39,858 nucleotides of DNA from Klebsormidium nitens (Eukaryota; Plantae; Klebsormidiophyceae): positions 1-39,858 of the forward strand of contig DF237610.1 in assembly GCA_000708835.1 (NCBI GenBank). The letters are read 5' to 3'. Made by a program: the position numbers and the translations under genes. Positions 9,892-22,678 of this stretch are shown here, piece by piece. The notes under the pieces are model-generated. The model was not told the DNA's origin and searched no databases. It was given only the letters and a program-made list of their open reading frames with translations. How positions within the stretch are numbered: position 1 is the stretch's first letter; every line of letters starts with the position of its first letter.

Positions 9892-12800
9892 ATGGCAGGA
9901 AACACGCAAATAATAGAAGAGTCAGAAGGGGCGGCAAAGGGTGCAGAGATCGCTGTTCGTGTAGCAGTACGAGCTAGGCCGTTGCTTGCAAATGAGAGCG
10001 TGCAAGGTTATAAAGATTGCATCAAAGTCCTGGTCGACTCGCAGCAGATTCTTCTGGGCAAAGACAGGCCCTTTACTTTTGATCATGTATTTAGCACAGC
10101 AAGCACGCAAGAGGAGGTCTATATGACGTGCGTAAAACCACTTGTGGAAGCGTGCATTGCAGGTAAGATGCACTATTCCATCAGTCAAGTGGAGCTGATT
10201 TGTCTGAATGCAACAATAGCATCCAAGGTGCGGCTTGGAGGAGTTGCCCTTCATCGATGTTAAAAGCTTGCAGCGGGCCCAAGCTTGGGCCTAAATTTGC
10301 GTATGCTGGCACCTCCTTTCTTTTCCCTCGCTCAAACTCTCGTGAATGTCCCCAGGTTACAATACTACGGTGCTTGCATATGGACAGACCGGCTCAGGTT
10401 GGTGTACGGACCGTTCTTCGCAGCTCGTCATCTGTTTATGTATTAAGAAGAACTTTGAAAAGTCTGTGCTTCCATCAGGAAATCCACGTTTGAAAGAAGC
10501 CTCGACCTCTGTGCGCAGTTAGACCGAAACTTTCTTGAGCTGACAGCTCTCTAAATCTTCATACTAAACCTTCTCTTTCTACTCTAGCTTGTCGTCAAAG
10601 TAACTGAAGTAAGTGCTCAGTTTAGTCTGCTTTGTCCTCTGGTCTCAAGGTGATGGCTGAGTGCTTCTTGACTCTGTTAATGCATGGTGGCCGCTGATCT
10701 TGCTGATCTTGCAGGCAAGACGTTCACAATGGGGACTGCGAATTCCAGCTATGTTCTTGAGGAAGAACTGGGCGTGCTTCCACGAGCAATACGCCACCTC
10801 TTTGAATGCATTGAAGCAAGCAAAATGAAGGCAGAGTTTTTGGTGAGGGCATATACTGTGTCGTAGGCACCCCTTCACTGCGAATAATGGAAAGTCGATA
10901 CCCCCTTGACCACTCTCAATCAGTCCAATGTTCAAGCATTCTGCCATCAGGTAGCTAAGCTCACTGCACTGCATGGGTGGAGAGTGGAAGTGGAAATCTG
11001 GACACTCTAAGCCACCCTGCTGCCTTCCTCTCCAGATTCGATGTTCATTCGTGGAAATATACAACGAAGAGATCAATGATCTGCTACACCCTGAGGGCAA
11101 GCAAATAGCCATCCGAGAAGGTGCAAGTGGCGAGATTGTACTGGCTGGAGTTCGAGAAGAAGTGGTAAACTCTTATGATGATATGCTAAGGTGAGGTTGC
11201 TTGGCCTTGGCTGAGTATTCTTGTCAGGTAGCTGGACTGCAAGGATTCTCTGCTCATCGTGCCTACACACATTTGGCTGAACCCAATTTGTCAAACGGAA
11301 ACCAGCGAACATCATATGGTCGCATGTGAGCTCATCGGTGTGAATTGCTGTGCATCAGGTACTTGGAGACGGGAAGTGTGTCCCGGACCACTGGGAGTAC
11401 CCTGATGAACCAGCAGTCGAGCCGCTCGCATGCAATCTTCACGATAGTTGTTGAGCAACGCTTGATTGCTGATGAAGATGCTGGAGCCGGAACAGATTAC
11501 ATCACTGCAAAATTCCACCTGGTAAGTTTTGAAAGTCAGAGGAGGGAGGTTCTTCAAGATGGGGGGGCTGGTCCAAAAGAAACATCCACAAATACCTCTT
11601 CACCGATGGTTTACAATGGTGTTGGTGATGTATGACTAAATGTCGCACCACCGTTTGACATAGATTCTTTCATCTGTTACTGACCTTCACAATGTCCCTG
11701 TAGGTGGACCTTGCCGGCAGTGAAAGAGCAAAGCGCACGGGCGCGGTTGGTGTTCGGTTCAAGGAGTCGGTCCAGATCAATTGTGGGCTGCTGGCACTGG
11801 GGAATGTCATCAGCGCGCTTGGTGAGGCTGCCGTCAAATGAGAGTCCTTCTTGAAGAGGAGGGGGATAAGCATCAGAGACACTCGGGCAGCTGATTCGAT
11901 TTGATTGCTTGAGTTGTCGACGTGCAGCAATGGACCAGGCATGCCCCTCATCTCTAACGATCTTGTCTTGCTTGCAGGAGATGACAAGAAGCGGGTAACA
12001 CACGTCCCGTATCGTGAGAGCAAGCTGACGAGGATGTTGCAAGATAGCCTTGGGGGCAACAGCCGCACCTGCATGATCGCTTGTATAAGGTAAGGTTTCC
12101 TTCAATATCTGCACTCCCCTCATATAAGGGGAGGTTTCAGAACATCGTTCTCATGTTGCGACACGTGAATGCTGCCAGAGCAGGTACTTAAGAGGACGCC
12201 ATTTAAGCATCTGCTATCAAGCATCAGGTGCCCATCTGCCGGTTGTGCGTCCAAGCAGACTGCTCTGACCCGACACTCCGGTTAGTCTCTTCGATGGGCG
12301 CCAGAATTACTCCTGACATTCAGTATTCTTCTTTGATGCAGTACAGCGGATGTGAATTTTGAAGAGACCTTGAACACGTTAAAGTACGCGAATCGTGCTC
12401 GGAATATAAAGAACAAGCCAATTATAAATAGGGACCCTCAACAGGCTCTACTTGCACAGATGAGGAGTGAAATCCAAGTAAGTCTTGCAAAGCATGAGAG
12501 AGATCCTCTGTGGGCTATGCCTGTGCACCATTGTTCAGCTTGGCAGGCCAACCTGTGCACTCCTTAGGCTCTGATTATGCTTTATCTTTTCAATGCTGTT
12601 GGCATTGAATTTCATGCCGCAATCCCATACTGAACAAGCCAACCCCTGTCAGGCGCTTCAAATGGAGATTCTGCGCCATAGGGCTACAGCTATAGGAGGT
12701 TCCGTTGCCCCTGCGAATGGAGGGAAGATGGAACTGGGCGTGCCGCAGTAAGTGACTCCAAATGGAGTCTCCAGTATTCTGGAGTCAGACCAAAGTGCCT

Positions 12801-15800
12801 GAAGTCAATACTGCTTCTTCAAACTGCCCAGAAGTTCAGTTTCGAGTTGAGTTGTCCATCCTGCTCTGCCCATAAGTTTTCCATTCCAGTCTGCAAGAGT
12901 CTTCTCCATCTTGTCAAGCACTGGAGAGAGTCAGTGTCCATAGACTCCATGTACGTGCAGGGAGCCAGAGCTGCCTCTTGGGGAGATTGGGCGTGACTTT
13001 CACGCGGTGCATGAGAGAGGCCTCCGCGCAGAGCAGGAATGCCGGAAACTGAGGGAGGAGCTAGAAGCCTCTCAAGCAAAAGTTCAGAAGCTGGTCGAAG
13101 AAAGCCTGGAAGTTAGAAGCGAAAGGGACCACTATCAGGTCTGCAGCTGATGAGTTCTTTTTGTGTCAGTTTTCTTTCTTCGTGGAGAATGTCTCTTGGA
13201 GAAGTAAGCTCTTGCATTGAGTCCACAAGACGACCGTGGGCGTACGCAAAAGCCCCTGAATTAGACTGACTGCAAACATTGATTGTTAGCGCGCACATGC
13301 CTTGCTTGCCGTCTTTCTTATGTCAGAATCCACCCGAAACTGTGGGTCTCCTCGTCAGATTTGCCACCACAAGATATCAAGAGTCAAGGATGCCCACAGG
13401 TGCTATGTGGCCGCCTTAGCAACGAGTCACCATTTAGACCTTGAACAGTAGTTGCTCTGATTCGCAGATCCGACTGGACGAGCTGAACATTGAGCTCAGC
13501 CGGCTGCTCGAAGGCATTCCGCGTTGGGCAGAGGCAGGGGAGATCGGGCCTACTGCCAAACGGGAGATACAGGAGCTGTGTAGCCGGCTCAACAGCAATG
13601 GGGACGCTGAGCCCGGGGAGACCCAGATCAGCGGGCCCCCTCCGCGACCTGCGAGCCCCAGGGGCAAGACTAGGTTGTCGGATCCGGCCACTGGGGACAT
13701 GCGGCGTGAAAGCCATGCGAATGGGTCTGGTCGGATCAGTCGGCAGAACAGCAAGGACAAGCTGCACTCCCCAAAGCAAATTGACGTAAGTTGAACTTGT
13801 CCGATGGAGAAAGGAGCACAGATCCGGTGCTGACATGGAACTTGGTCTGGTTTTGCTGTCGTTATCCTGCCCAGTGCTTGTGCGTTGCTCATAATATCCG
13901 TCACCTTGTTGGCAGAGTTTGCAAGACTCATTATCACAAGGGGCCTCCTACTTATGTGAAGGTCAACGAATACTTGTCAGGTCTTCTGGAGGCCCGTCAT
14001 TATCTCTTGTAAGCAAAAACCTGTGGGTTCTCCTGGCTTTATTCAGGCAGGATTATTGATGGAAGGTGCAGTAGCAGTCATCAGACTGTCAGGCTTTTGG
14101 TCTTGCCAAAGATGGACATAGAGGTGACCATCAACAACACATCTCCATAACTTGCGTATTTAACCTCTTTCGTCGGGGGTTTGTAGATAACCGTCAGCAC
14201 ATCACTGGCAAGTGTTCGGAGCAGTGGATCCAGGAACGTCATCAGTCAATACTTGCGAAACATCAAAGGTAAGGGACGCATCTTCGAGTTCCGACTTACT
14301 CGCACGTACCTTGCTGCCCAAACCTCGTGTCATTGGGCAGACTTCTCATGCTTTGGCAAAGTTCATAGTGCTCACGCTTTCTTACACCAATCTCTGTGTT
14401 GCTCTTGCTCAGAATTGGAAGAGAAGTTGGCGGCAAAAGACAGGGAGCTGAAGGTAAGCTAGAGTCAAACAACCCCAACTTGATCACCTTCCATAAGATG
14501 ACGCTCATTAGGTGACTATTAGATGACTACCGTAAATCCTGCATAGCACTGTAGTCTTATGTGCCGGTTACTGTTTTCATCCTGTCTGCATACCCAGCTC
14601 ATTTTCATCCCCCTTCCTTTTGTTCGCAGGCTCGTGACGAGGCACTAGCCGAGGCTACTGAAGACCTCGCTCGAGATGAACTTATTTTCGCTGAGAAGGT
14701 ACGCACCGGTGCACCTTCCTTCTTCGGAACCGTGCTTCTCGTGGATCTAGCAGCTCTTTGTTTGGCTGAAGCGAAGTATTTAGTTATACTTGGCTGTTAA
14801 ACTGACAGGCTCATCGCTTTGTTGCAGATCAAGGAGATCAAAGCGGTGAAGAAACTCGCACGCGATCTAACCCGTGCCAAGGAGGAGCTTCTGAGTCAAG
14901 CGGTAAGAATAACATAGCAACTCGTCGACTTGATTTTGTGTGCCTGATCCACTTCATGACAGTATAGCACCGCGCTCGTTGGACGCTGCAGGCTGGAGCT
15001 CACCCTTGGTCGCCTGCTTCAGGAGCGGGACGCTGAGGCCATTGCCCTGTTGAAGCTGGAGTTGCAGCGTAGACAAGCCGAGACGACCCGCCTGCGAGAC
15101 GAGCTTCAAGGCGGCGAGGCACTTCAGGGCAGGCCCGTGGAAGAAAAGTCACCGAGAAGTCGACCCGGGAGTCAGGATGCGACACACGGAGAAAATGATG
15201 AGGTAAGCCATGCGGACAGCGTTCCTAGGAGAAGGTCTATGCTTGCTGTGCGGCTCATCGAAGAGGATAAGCACCTTCAAGCAAGCGTATGTATTTCATG
15301 ATTTTGGGACTCCAAACCTCTCCTCTGAGATAGCTGGTCGGTTGCCGTCTTCTCTGTCCGGAGCGACTCAAACCTGCAGTACGGAAACCGCCCGTTAACA
15401 TGGCGCAACGGAGGATCGTTGAGAACTTCCACAACTATATCAACGCCATGGTGGTGTTTCCAACGTTCGCATCCCTCATTTTCTCAGGGGAACTGCGAGG
15501 ATGAAAGCAGACTGTTACCCAGTAGGCGACCCATGTCCAGTGGCGCAGCGGAAGATGTCGCAGACGAAGCCCAGCGGCTCGTAGCACTTGCCGAGGAGAT
15601 CCAGGTAAGCTTTCGTGGCCGCACACGGTGGTGGTTGCAACCTGAGTGCCTGCCGTCATTGATCCTTTTCGTCTGTCGAAGGTCCGGCCTCAGTTGGAAC
15701 TCGCTGCTGAGCGGCAGCGCTGCCCATCGCGATGCTACAGGCGGACGACGACGAGACGGAGTGCATCCTGGCGGAGAAGACGGCCATCGAGGTGGAGAAG

Positions 15801-18800
15801 CGCCGCGTGGAGGAGCTGGCGCTGGCGCAGCAGCAGGACTACCAGCGGCAGAAGGCCGCCATGGACAAGCAGCTGCGCGACCTGGCCTACAACATCCGCC
15901 AGAAGGAGGGCCTCATCGAACAGCTGGCCAGGAACGAGCAGGTGGGGCAGCTCACGCACCCCCGGCAGGGCCAAATGGCAACCGCGGACTGGGTTCTAGT
16001 CAGGTCCCAGTTCGAACGAGCTTTGACTGCGTGGTTCGTCCGTAATCGTGCGCTCACACCGTTGCATAATGCCACGTGCAGGAAGCGAAGCTTCTGTCGC
16101 AGCAGTACGAAGCCCGAATGCTGGAGTTGGAACAAGAGGTGAGGGCAGGGTCTCACGATTGAACTTGGACAGCACCCAGTCGACCTCTTTGTTTCTCGAA
16201 GATATACACAAATGGACAAGCCGAATCGAGAGAAGATCTACACAAATGGACAAGCCGAACCGAGAAGAAGGGAAGTACAACACACAAATCACGTCGGAAA
16301 GTCCTGATTGCTGATTAGATCTAAGGTTGGCTTCTGACAAAAGCCTTCAGGTTTTATGAGGATGAGGTCTTACTTCCATTGTTGACCTGAATTGATGTCC
16401 GGAATGACGATTCGACACTCTGATCAGGGTGACACAGGTTTCCACCTTGACTGGGATCAGTTGAGGAAGTGTGGACGCTTGATTTGTGCAGGTGAAAGCG
16501 AAGGAGGCGGAAATTGACCAGTTGCGCCACGACCTCGAGGTGAGCCCGTGCGATCACTGCTGGACACCGTCTGGCGTTTTTGCACAGCATGAGGAGAGCG
16601 TTTGGAACTTTGTTACAGCTTTAGGGACAGTGGCTGGGCAAACGTCGGCTCCTTCCTTCTTCCTCGAGTCGGCCATCATGCAAGCTGCTTTTCCGGTGGG
16701 CGCAGTCGATTGACAACAACCTGGCGCGGGGGGCGGAGGAGAAGCGGCGGCTACGCGAGGCGTACGAGGAGAAGGTGCGACGCGTGCAGCAGCAGGTGTT
16801 AGCGCTCCGGCGGCAGCAGCGCGACAACGAGAAGAACAAACTCGAGCGCCTCAAGGCCAAGAGCGACCACAAGGTGAGGCACACATCTGCCACGTTCCTG
16901 CATCCTTAGAACCAGAATCACTGGATTTGCGATCTATGTCGGTTGCACTGGGTTTGTTGGGCATTGTCCAGCATGCAGGAAAGCTACGTGGCAGTCGTTT
17001 ATGCTCGTGACACTAAAGGGTGGTATCGTGTTGTCGCAGGCGCAGCAGCTAGACGCGGAGGTCGTGCGCATGCGTTCACAGCAGGACACGCTGCGGCGCA
17101 AGATGGAGGAGCTGGCAGACAAGTACGAGGAGAAGAATAAAGGTGAGCCGTGCAAACCGTTGTCGAAGTGAGCAGACCTTAGTGGCGAAACGAGCCATGA
17201 CCTGCGGCCTGCCATGCTGCAGTGCTCCTCGTTCGACCAGCTGAGGACGAGCACCGTCTCGAAGTTTTAGCGCGCGCCAGGATCGGACGCGATGTAGATG
17301 TTGGAAGCTTGTAGCTGCTACTGAAACTGTTCTACATTGTGCAGCATATGTAAAAGACATAGTCAGTTTGAAGAAGGAGGCCGAAGTGAGTCAGAAGAAG
17401 ATGCGGGAGCTGGAATCCGAGAAGTCAAAGCTGAACGCGGTAAGCGCTGCCATGTTGCTTCGATCGTTACTAGGTTCGTGTTTCAGTATTGAGGAGGTGG
17501 CAAGAGTCAGTGTGCTTTGATTGCTATATGAAGTCTGGACAGCTGTCCCCAGAGCATTGTGCGTTCCAATGTTGGCAGTGAAAGGGCAGCAGAGGAAACT
17601 CTCTAAAAGCGAATGGGGCGTGTTGCAGATTCTGCAGCGCAAGAGCGAGGAGATGGCGGCGGCTCAGCGCAAACTGCGCGAGCTGGGGGCGGATGCGGGC
17701 GCATCCCGTCTGAGCCACCGCGAGCGCGTTGCCAACAACGCCGCAGGGCGGGCCATGCCGCGCACCAGCAGGAGGGTCAGCGGAGCAGGGGACAGCACGG
17801 CCACCACTCCCAGCGCAACACCCAGGCCGGGCAGGCCGGGCAAGACCGCAGGGTGAGCAGGCAGGCAGCCATGACTCCTTCTCGATATCGAAGGTTTTCT
17901 CAGGTGTGCACACATCCACAAATATCATCAGCTTCCTACTGAAAATGAGTCGTATGTCAATGATGGATCACAGGGAGTAACGGCAACACTTATGTGCAGG
18001 ATCACCGCCCTGGAGATCAAGCGGCATCATGCATTCCTGGACAAGGAGATGGAGCGCATGCTCAAACACAAAGAGCTGGCTGCGCAGGCCGCCAAGCAGG
18101 TGAGACCCCGCAAGCACTCCACACACACTACAGCACTGTTTGCCGCTGGACATCGGGGAGCTCTGCAGGGCGCTCCACTAGGAGCATATTCCATCAGTGG
18201 AGGAACATTCTGGGCTCTGGTCGTAACATGGGGGCTTGCAGCTTGGGTAGCAGCTGGGCCCTGAAGTGGGGCTTATGCGTGCAGGAGCGGAAGCGGCAGG
18301 CGGTGGTGGCGGAGCGGGATGAGCTGGGCGGCGAGAAGGCGAAGTTGGAGCTGAAGAAGATGCGCGCGCAGCAGGTGCTGGGCAAGGCGGTGGAGGAGAA
18401 GGGGGCGGCCATGGCACGCCTGCGGGAGGAGTGCGACCAGCGGCTGCGGCAGGCGCGCGAAGCAGAGGCAGTGGGGCAGTTCAAGGCAGCCGACGAGATC
18501 AACGACCAGGTAACACCAGGTGCCATGGAACGATAAACACAGGTCGCCAACCTTGAACAATTCTTCCGAGGGCAATAATTCGGCAACACCTTGTGCACGC
18601 GTGGTCAGCTGATGTAGTGGGCTTGCCTCAGAGAAGCTGATTGGAGCTGATTGGCACTGAGAAGTCGCTTGTTCAGGCCAGTAGTTTTCTCGTCATGTCA
18701 CTTAGCTTGGCAACAAAACCTGACGAGATGACTTCTGCTGTGCCTGCTTCTGCGTATGCTCACGCTTTTGGGTCCAGCTGTGCGGAAGCGGGTCTTCTGC

Positions 18801-21167
18801 TCCGTTGCCATGTCGAAAACGAAACACAATGTGATCGCAGCATCATGCGAAAAGTGCACCTAGATATGATAGCACCTCGAATCAGGTCCCGCCATTCATT
18901 GGGCTTCATATGTTTTGAGGCATAGTTGAGCCTTGAAGAGCCTCAAAGGAGCCTGACCCCCTCGTTTCTTTCGCAGGCGGCAGCATGTCAGCGGCAGCTC
19001 GAGTACGAGCACTACTCGCGGAGCCGCCTCGAGGAAAAGTTGCGAACGCAGAAGGTCTGGACCATCTCGGCCCTTCTCTCTGCCTCGCCGTTTCATCAGA
19101 GCCTTGTCTCGATCCCATCTCACTGTCTGTTATATCAGGCGCCCTATAAACTTACCAAAAAGTCAGATTGCTTTATATTGAGATCAAGCAGCAGTCGGCC
19201 TATGAGGGACACCGAGAAGATAAAGCGCCAGGGGTGCATCTCACAGCTTCCAGTACGTGAGACAGTGGCTCTGCAATCTTACGCTTCCTGTACGCTCCTG
19301 CAGTATCTCCCGGATGATGAAGAAGAAACATTGGCCGCCATTGAGGAGAGGCTTGAGGTAAGCGTGAAGGCTTTTCCTTCTGAATCCAACTACAGGTGCA
19401 GAAAGGCGAGTCTCTTATGCATGTCTCCCGTGCATCGGGGCAACCCCAGCCGGCCTCCGGTGGATGTGTGTTCGCTCTTGCGCCTGATCCGCGCTGGTGT
19501 TGCCCGTCGCTGGCTCAGCGCGGCTGCTCTGGGGTGTTGTGCGCGCAGGTGCTGGAGGCGGAGGCGGAGTACCTGGCAGCGGAGGTCGCCAGCGCGGCCA
19601 AGGACGCGGTCGACGCCGGCGGCGCGGCGGAGGCGGTCAAGGGCGCCGTGGAGCGGCTGAGCGCACCGGAGATGAAGGTGCTCCTGCGGCAATACGTGCA
19701 GCGCTGCGTGGACGGGCAGGAGCGCGAGCGCGCGGCGGGATCGGCCCTGCGCGAGGCGCAGCTGGAGGTGGCGGCCAAGGCTCGCGAGCTGCAGCAGGTG
19801 GAGAGCAGCCTGCGCACCAAGGAGCTCGACTTCGACCGCAGGGTGAGCGCGCCGCACCCGGCACCAGAAAACGGCAGCGGCGGTCCTACAAGCCCTGCTC
19901 TGCTGCTGTTGAAACAAGCCAGAGGCACGGAGGGGGCGACTGACGGTGTGTGGTGTGGTTGGTGGTGCAGCTGACGGAGGAGCAGAAGGCGCACGCGGCC
20001 AAGGTGCAGTTCCTGCTGCGCCAGATCAAGACGTCAGCCGGCGTATTCCCAGACAAGGACACCCCCGAACCCAGCAGCCAGGCAGCAAGCCGGCGCGCCA
20101 GCGCAGACAGGCCGCAGGTGAGCGCTCCCGAGCAGTGCCTGCGCAAGCGCAGTCCGCAAGCAGCAAGGAGCGGCCTGGAGCACGTCTACCATGCTCTTGC
20201 TGTGTAGCAGACCTTGGAGTCATGTTCGAGGGTCGCCTTTGATTCTGTTGACGGGTGTTGTTCGTGTCCAGGACTTTGAGCGCAGCGGCGAGGACAAGGA
20301 CGAGAAGGTGCAGGCGCTAATCAAGGACAACTTCTACTTCAAGCAGGTGAACCCGGCGACTCCGTCCTGGCTTGAATGACAGTGCCAGTGCTGACAATCT
20401 CAAGCAACCAGCGTAGCTTCGAATATAAAGACTTTTCTTGCATGAGCCCGGAATGTCAGAGCCTTACACAGTGCTGCTTCTCTGTTTGCAGACAAACCGG
20501 GAGCTCAAGCGTAAGCTGCGGGACATGATGGCCGCATTAGCGGCAGAGCGCCAGGTAGGCCTCGGCAGGAAGATGCGCAGCACGCTGCTTCGACATGCCT
20601 CTCGAGCGAAGAGCCAGCCGGTCGACTGTGGCCCCTTAGTACTGAAGCAGAGTCCGCCGTTAAAAAACTCAAACCGAATTGAGTGCCAGATTGTCGTACA
20701 GAACGTCGTCACCTGTGCGCCACTTACAAATGAGACCCCCTCTGCATCTCCTGTGCTCTTTGCGTGCTGGACTGACGGGGCAGCTCCTCTCGCGTCCACG
20801 TGCAGAACCTCCAGGACACGTCTCTGCAAACTAGCGAGCTGCAGCGGGTCCATCAGGAGTTGGAGAATTGTAAGGTAGGCTGCTCCTAAGAATGTGCAAC
20901 TGACTTGAAGTGCTTGACCAGCGAAAATAATCCTGCCAGCTTTGCGTTGAGCACGTAGGCATGTGCTGAGATTCCGCCACGCTTGCACAATGACGCATCA
21001 GGGACATGCGGATTTCAATAGCCTTACATCCCGTCACTTTCCTACTGTAGAGCGTGCTCCAACGGGCCGGGTTGAACTACCAGGTTCCAGCAATGCATCT
21101 ACGCGAATTGAGCAATGGGGATCTTGAAGCACGAATGTCGTCTCAGATCCATGGCGGGTTTGCCTGA
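9892..21167 (+). CDS. KIF27: Kinesin-4 family motor, KIF27/KIF7-like (N-terminal motor, long coiled-coil tail); multi-exon span
   Basis: Motor motifs assemble across GT-AG introns: [37 protein letters not shown] (exons 9892-10162, 10356-10397, 10715-10842), [90 protein letters not shown]. The tail motifs [40 protein letters not shown] and [15 protein letters not shown] recall KIF27/KIF7. The last exon is 21051-21167 (TGA). The symbol denotes likeness, not proven orthology. Confidence 0.93.
16205..16272. repeat. 34-bp tandem duplication in a kinesin intron
   Basis: TACACAAATGGACAAGCCGAA is identical at 16205-16225 and 16239-16259, and the remainder of the unit is similar. Confidence 0.85.
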
Positions 21168-21229
21168 TGTAAGCAGAGGCACTAGGCTAATTGGGGCAAA
21201 GCATTGCTGCTTAGCTCATCCTAGACCGT

Positions 21230-22210
21230 GATTTTACATGCATTGGTTGACGAGGAGCTTACGCCAGCTGCTTAGCTAATGCTTAAGCGATCGATAGTTT
21301 GTGTATGCTGGTCGATGAGGAGGTTGATGCGGTTCTAGCGAGTACGCATCAATACATAGTATCATAGTTTCGGGTCGAGTCCAACTTGGACAGGTACGGA
21401 GTTGCTCAAGTAAGTGACTGGCACTTCCATGAAGCGGCGCCGTCAAAGAAATCCTGGTGTCCCGACAATTCGTTACATAACCTGTTGGCAATGCTTTCTT
21501 GAAAAGGCTTTTTCGCCTTAGCCGACTATGAGTCAGTACGTGCCTTCGGCTCTGCATGAAGGGCCAGGATGCTCTCCTTTGGTGGTCACAATGGTGACCA
21601 TGCATCGTGACATCCGACCTAGCCGAGCCGGACTTAGCCGCCCATTTCGATCTGAAGGACTTTGCAACTGCGGCCGTGTAATTGCTAAACTAAGCTCGAC
21701 TGCGGATAATGGCCCGGCCAGCAAACCTGAAACCTAAACTGAATTGGAGCGGATCCTTCTTGCTAGCCGCGCCTCGATCGAGTCGACTTCACAATTCAGC
21801 GCATGCCAATCCCGCATTGACTGAGCTAGTAAGTACGGTACGTCACTGAGTCAAGCAAGCGGGCGCACCGAGTATAGTACGCCGTTTTGACGACGCGGTG
21901 CCAGCCATAATTCACATGCTTGCAGTATTGACCTTGTATATGTATATCCGACTTAGTACCGTGACAGTACATGGCAAATTCCAAGCAACGTGCAATAATT
22001 GCGACGCGATTTATGAAAACGTCTAGTTGATTGCCCATATAGGACGGTGTGTTCATGCAGGGACGTCGTGTGGAGCTACCAAAATGATAGCAATCGCATA
22101 TATATGCCCTCAGGCTGCGCATGATCGACACCGTTGATCCATGGCAAGGTTGTATCGATCGATTAAGCTAGATCGATGGGCGAGATGCATTTCTGACAAC
22201 ATACATGGGT
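21230..22210. other. Short-palindrome-dense non-coding tract B
   Basis: 20 palindromic 4-mers in 22081-22200 (7.5 expected). Includes CTCGATCGAG (21773-21782), GCATATATATGC (22096-22107) and ATCGATCGAT (22154-22163). The middle part (~21400-21600) is weaker. Confidence 0.7.
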
Positions 22211-22678
22211 ACCCAATCGTTTCTTGGGGCCAGTTTGTCGAAAGTCATGCCGCTGAGATCTGAAAGCGGGCCTCCGACCGACGCTGGGCACGTGCACTTC
22301 GCTCAGTTTTGCCGTTCCACAATATGGGCGCGGCGCACTTTCAATCCCGAGAGGAGATTGCGAGCAGCTCAGCGTCACGGTCTTCCTCAGCTTGCTCAGT
22401 TCATGGATTCTCCATGCTTCATTGCGACTCTACAATGTCCGGAGTGAGGATATTTTAAGTATGCAGATACTTGGTGGACTTGGACGACTGTCTTGGCGGC
22501 CGTGTGCCTTCGGAGAAGTAAACGAGGCAGGGTGCCAGAGTGTAATTTATCCCTTCCAGTCGGACTAACTCAGATTGCTTCAACTTCCATACTCGGGCGA
22601 GGAAGTCGCTGAAGGCCGTGTTAAATCAACCACTACACGGTCGATAAGCGGCGCTTCTTTACTTCTTGCCCCTTCGCC

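Noticed and set aside
14903-14991. Apparent frame break in the kinesin at the obvious acceptor (CAG at 14989-14991)
   Set aside because: An upstream CAG at 14960-14962 with a CTGAT branch-like site gives a 60-nt intron and restores frame, so no pseudogene call is warranted.
16205-16290. Direct repeats as a CRISPR array
   Set aside because: Only two units, no unique spacers, no cas genes, and a eukaryotic intron context.
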